Below, piece after piece: positions 14,930 through 16,497 of a stretch of DNA of 16,497 bases. The notes below the pieces were generated by a model that did no database searches, was not told where the DNA came from, and worked only from the letters and a program-made list of their open reading frames with translations. The stretch covers positions 1-16,497 of the forward strand of contig JBAXKK010000061.1 of assembly GCA_037137395.1 (NCBI GenBank). The letters are read 5' to 3'. The stretch's first letter is position 1. Each line of letters begins with the position of its first letter. The DNA is from Elusimicrobiota bacterium. Lineage in GTDB: Bacteria > Elusimicrobiota > Elusimicrobia > Elusimicrobiales > UBA9959. A program made the translations under genes and the position numbers.

Positions 14930-16275
14930 GGGTCCTCCGCCAGATAACCGCTCCCGCCGTCCTTTGCCAGCGCGCGGCTGCCGCCCAGGCATTTAAGCAG
15001 ATCGCGGCAGACTTTGCAGCGCCCGGGCAGATAATCGAGCCGGTTTAAGTCTTTAAGGAATCGGGAATCCCAGGCTTTCTTAAGGGAGAAGCCCAGATTC
15101 TTTTCTATATAATAACTCGGCTTAAAAAAACCGCGTGTATCGTAAACCACGCGGGTGTGCCCGTCGTCAAAAGCGGCCCCCAGAAAGTTTTTCCTTTCGG
15201 CGGCAGGGACCAGGCATAAGGGGACAGGGTTCGCCATGACGACGCGCGGAGCGCCGGCTTTAAGAGAGGCTATGTTCTTTGACAGCCGCTTAATATCTTC
15301 CCTCTTCAATCGGAATTCTTTTTTGCCGCTCTGAGCGCTATGCCCCGGCATGGGCCGGTAAAGTTCCCAGATATCCGCTTTAAGTCTGACAGCCAGCCGG
15401 TAATAGGCCGGGAAATTATTCAAGACATCTTTCGAAATGACGGTGCCCAGACGCAAGACCTTTACGCCGCCGGTCTTAAATAAACCGATATTGGCGAGCT
15501 TCGCGGTAAAAAGTCCCGGGGTTCTGGTGGCCTCGCCTTCGGTTTTGTTATCGCGGCCCTGCAGGGAAACAAGGACATTATCTATGTGCCGCGCGGCTTT
15601 TTCAAGGAGTTTTTTGTCGGCTGCCACCGCGTTCGTATTTACCAGAGTGTAAAATCCCAGCGCCTTTGCCGCTTTAAGCAGCGGCAGCAGATTTTTGCTT
15701 AAAAAGGGTTCGCCGCCGGTGAAGCGGATGTTCCTGACGCCCATTTTTTTTGCCTGGCGCAGCACCGCGCTGAGATCTTTAAGCGGCCTTTCTTCGCTCC
15801 TGCGGTCAGAGAAGCAGACGAGGCAGTTAAGGTTGCACTTTTTAGTCAGCTCTATGACCACTTCGTTCGGGGCGGCCAGCACGGGAGAAAGTTCCGCGCG
15901 TAAGCTCCTGCTGAAAACACTTTTCTTTTCCAGGCCGGGGCAGAAGGCGTTCAAGCGACAGGCCGCGCAGGCCGCGATCCGCGCGTAGGTCGCGCCGGAT
16001 TTTTTGCGGTAAAGGATATGGTCCCAGGCGTCAGGCATAAAACAAAAAGGCAGATCTTTAATGTAAACCGTAAAAAAAGGTTCCAACCCGTTAAGGGCCC
16101 TGTAGAGAATGTCCCTGATCTTAAGGATCCTGAGCGGGTCCGCCGTTTCAAGGAGGGATAACTCTACAGCGTTGTCGCCGGCGGTTACAAGAAAGCTGAT
16201 GCCGGCCGCTTTCAGTTTGTCCGTTATATGTTTTTGACTAGCCTGAAAGTTGCAGTTGTAACTTTCCGCCCGCAT
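14920..16275 (-). CDS. Radical SAM protein with an extra N-terminal HxsC-type Cys module and a degenerate SPASM domain
   Basis: N-terminal DLPFCFM...CAACRLNAFCPG; core IELTKKCNLNCLVC, FTGGEP, VNTNA, VSLQG; C-terminal PVPLC...CKVCRDLLKCLGGSR...EDP. The start is uncertain (ATG 16275 preferred; 16299 and 16467 are in frame). Confidence 0.82.
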   Translation of the reverse strand: MRAESYNCNFQASQKHITDKLKAAGISFLVTAGDNAVELSLLETADPLRILKIRDILYRALNGLEPFFTVYIKDLPFCFMPDAWDHILYRKKSGATYARIAACAACRLNAFCPGLEKKSVFSRSLRAELSPVLAAPNEVVIELTKKCNLNCLVCFSDRRSEERPLKDLSAVLRQAKKMGVRNIRFTGGEPFLSKNLLPLLKAAKALGFYTLVNTNAVAADKKLLEKAARHIDNVLVSLQGRDNKTEGEATRTPGLFTAKLANIGLFKTGGVKVLRLGTVISKDVLNNFPAYYRLAVRLKADIWELYRPMPGHSAQSGKKEFRLKREDIKRLSKNIASLKAGAPRVVMANPVPLCLVPAAERKNFLGAAFDDGHTRVVYDTRGFFKPSYYIEKNLGFSLKKAWDSRFLKDLNRLDYLPGRCKVCRDLLKCLGGSRALAKDGGSGYLAEDPWL

Positions 16276-16292
16276 AGCAGGCGCCCATTCGG

Positions 16293-16470
16293 GAGGCATA
16301 GTCACGCATAAACCGCATAGCGGTTTTGCGCGACCCCGCCTCGGTGTTTTCGCTGCGCAGGAAAACACCTGCGGCCTTGCGGCCCGGACGCGAGGCCTAA
16401 TTATGCCTCGTTCTAAGCCGGGCCTCACCTTCTCGGATACATCGCGCATAGGCCGTTTGTCGGCCATAGG
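16293..16470 (-). other. Cluster of GC-rich hairpins (structured leader, ncRNA or REP-like element)
   Basis: Long imperfect hairpin at 16293-16342, 9-bp stem at 16343-16369, GGCC-GCAA-GGCC near 16373-16384, and further stems at 16392-16409 and 16451-16465. Confidence 0.5.
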
Positions 16471-16497
16471 CCCTGATACGGCACTGGCATAGCCTTG

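Noticed and set aside
1..16497. hxsD, mobile-element genes, tRNA or rRNA
   Set aside because: No small HxsD-like ORF, transposase, integrase or structural RNA signature was recognised. hxsD may lie outside the window.

Overview
A bacterial window of moderate GC (the style of the secreted protein and intergenic DNA suggests Elusimicrobiota, by inference only). It is dominated by an unusually large His-Xaa-Ser (Hxs) radical-SAM peptide-modification locus. The core is an HxsA-type precursor with 27 uninterrupted His-Xaa-Ser triplets (11592-12020) and a clear HxsB radical SAM/SPASM maturase (8761-10218). Around these are three HxsC-like radical SAM paralogs, a rearranged radical SAM with two HxsC-type Cys modules, a twitch-type radical SAM, a GT-B glycosyltransferase, a CE4-like deacetylase, a SufS-type cysteine desulfurase and a Cys-rich membrane-anchored protein, giving six radical SAM genes in 16.5 kb. 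A three-gene metabolic block (YgeY-like M20 hydrolase, degenerate minimal nucleotidyltransferase, knotted YgeW/AOTCase-like carbamoyltransferase) interrupts the cluster. Non-coding features include heptamer tandem repeats, a palindromic bidirectional promoter, operator-like palindromes and a multi-hairpin region at the right end. The Hxs gene families are known. The candidate novelty is their coupling to sugar-tailoring enzymes and the expanded, rearranged radical SAM set. All assignments come from motif recognition by eye, with no database searches.
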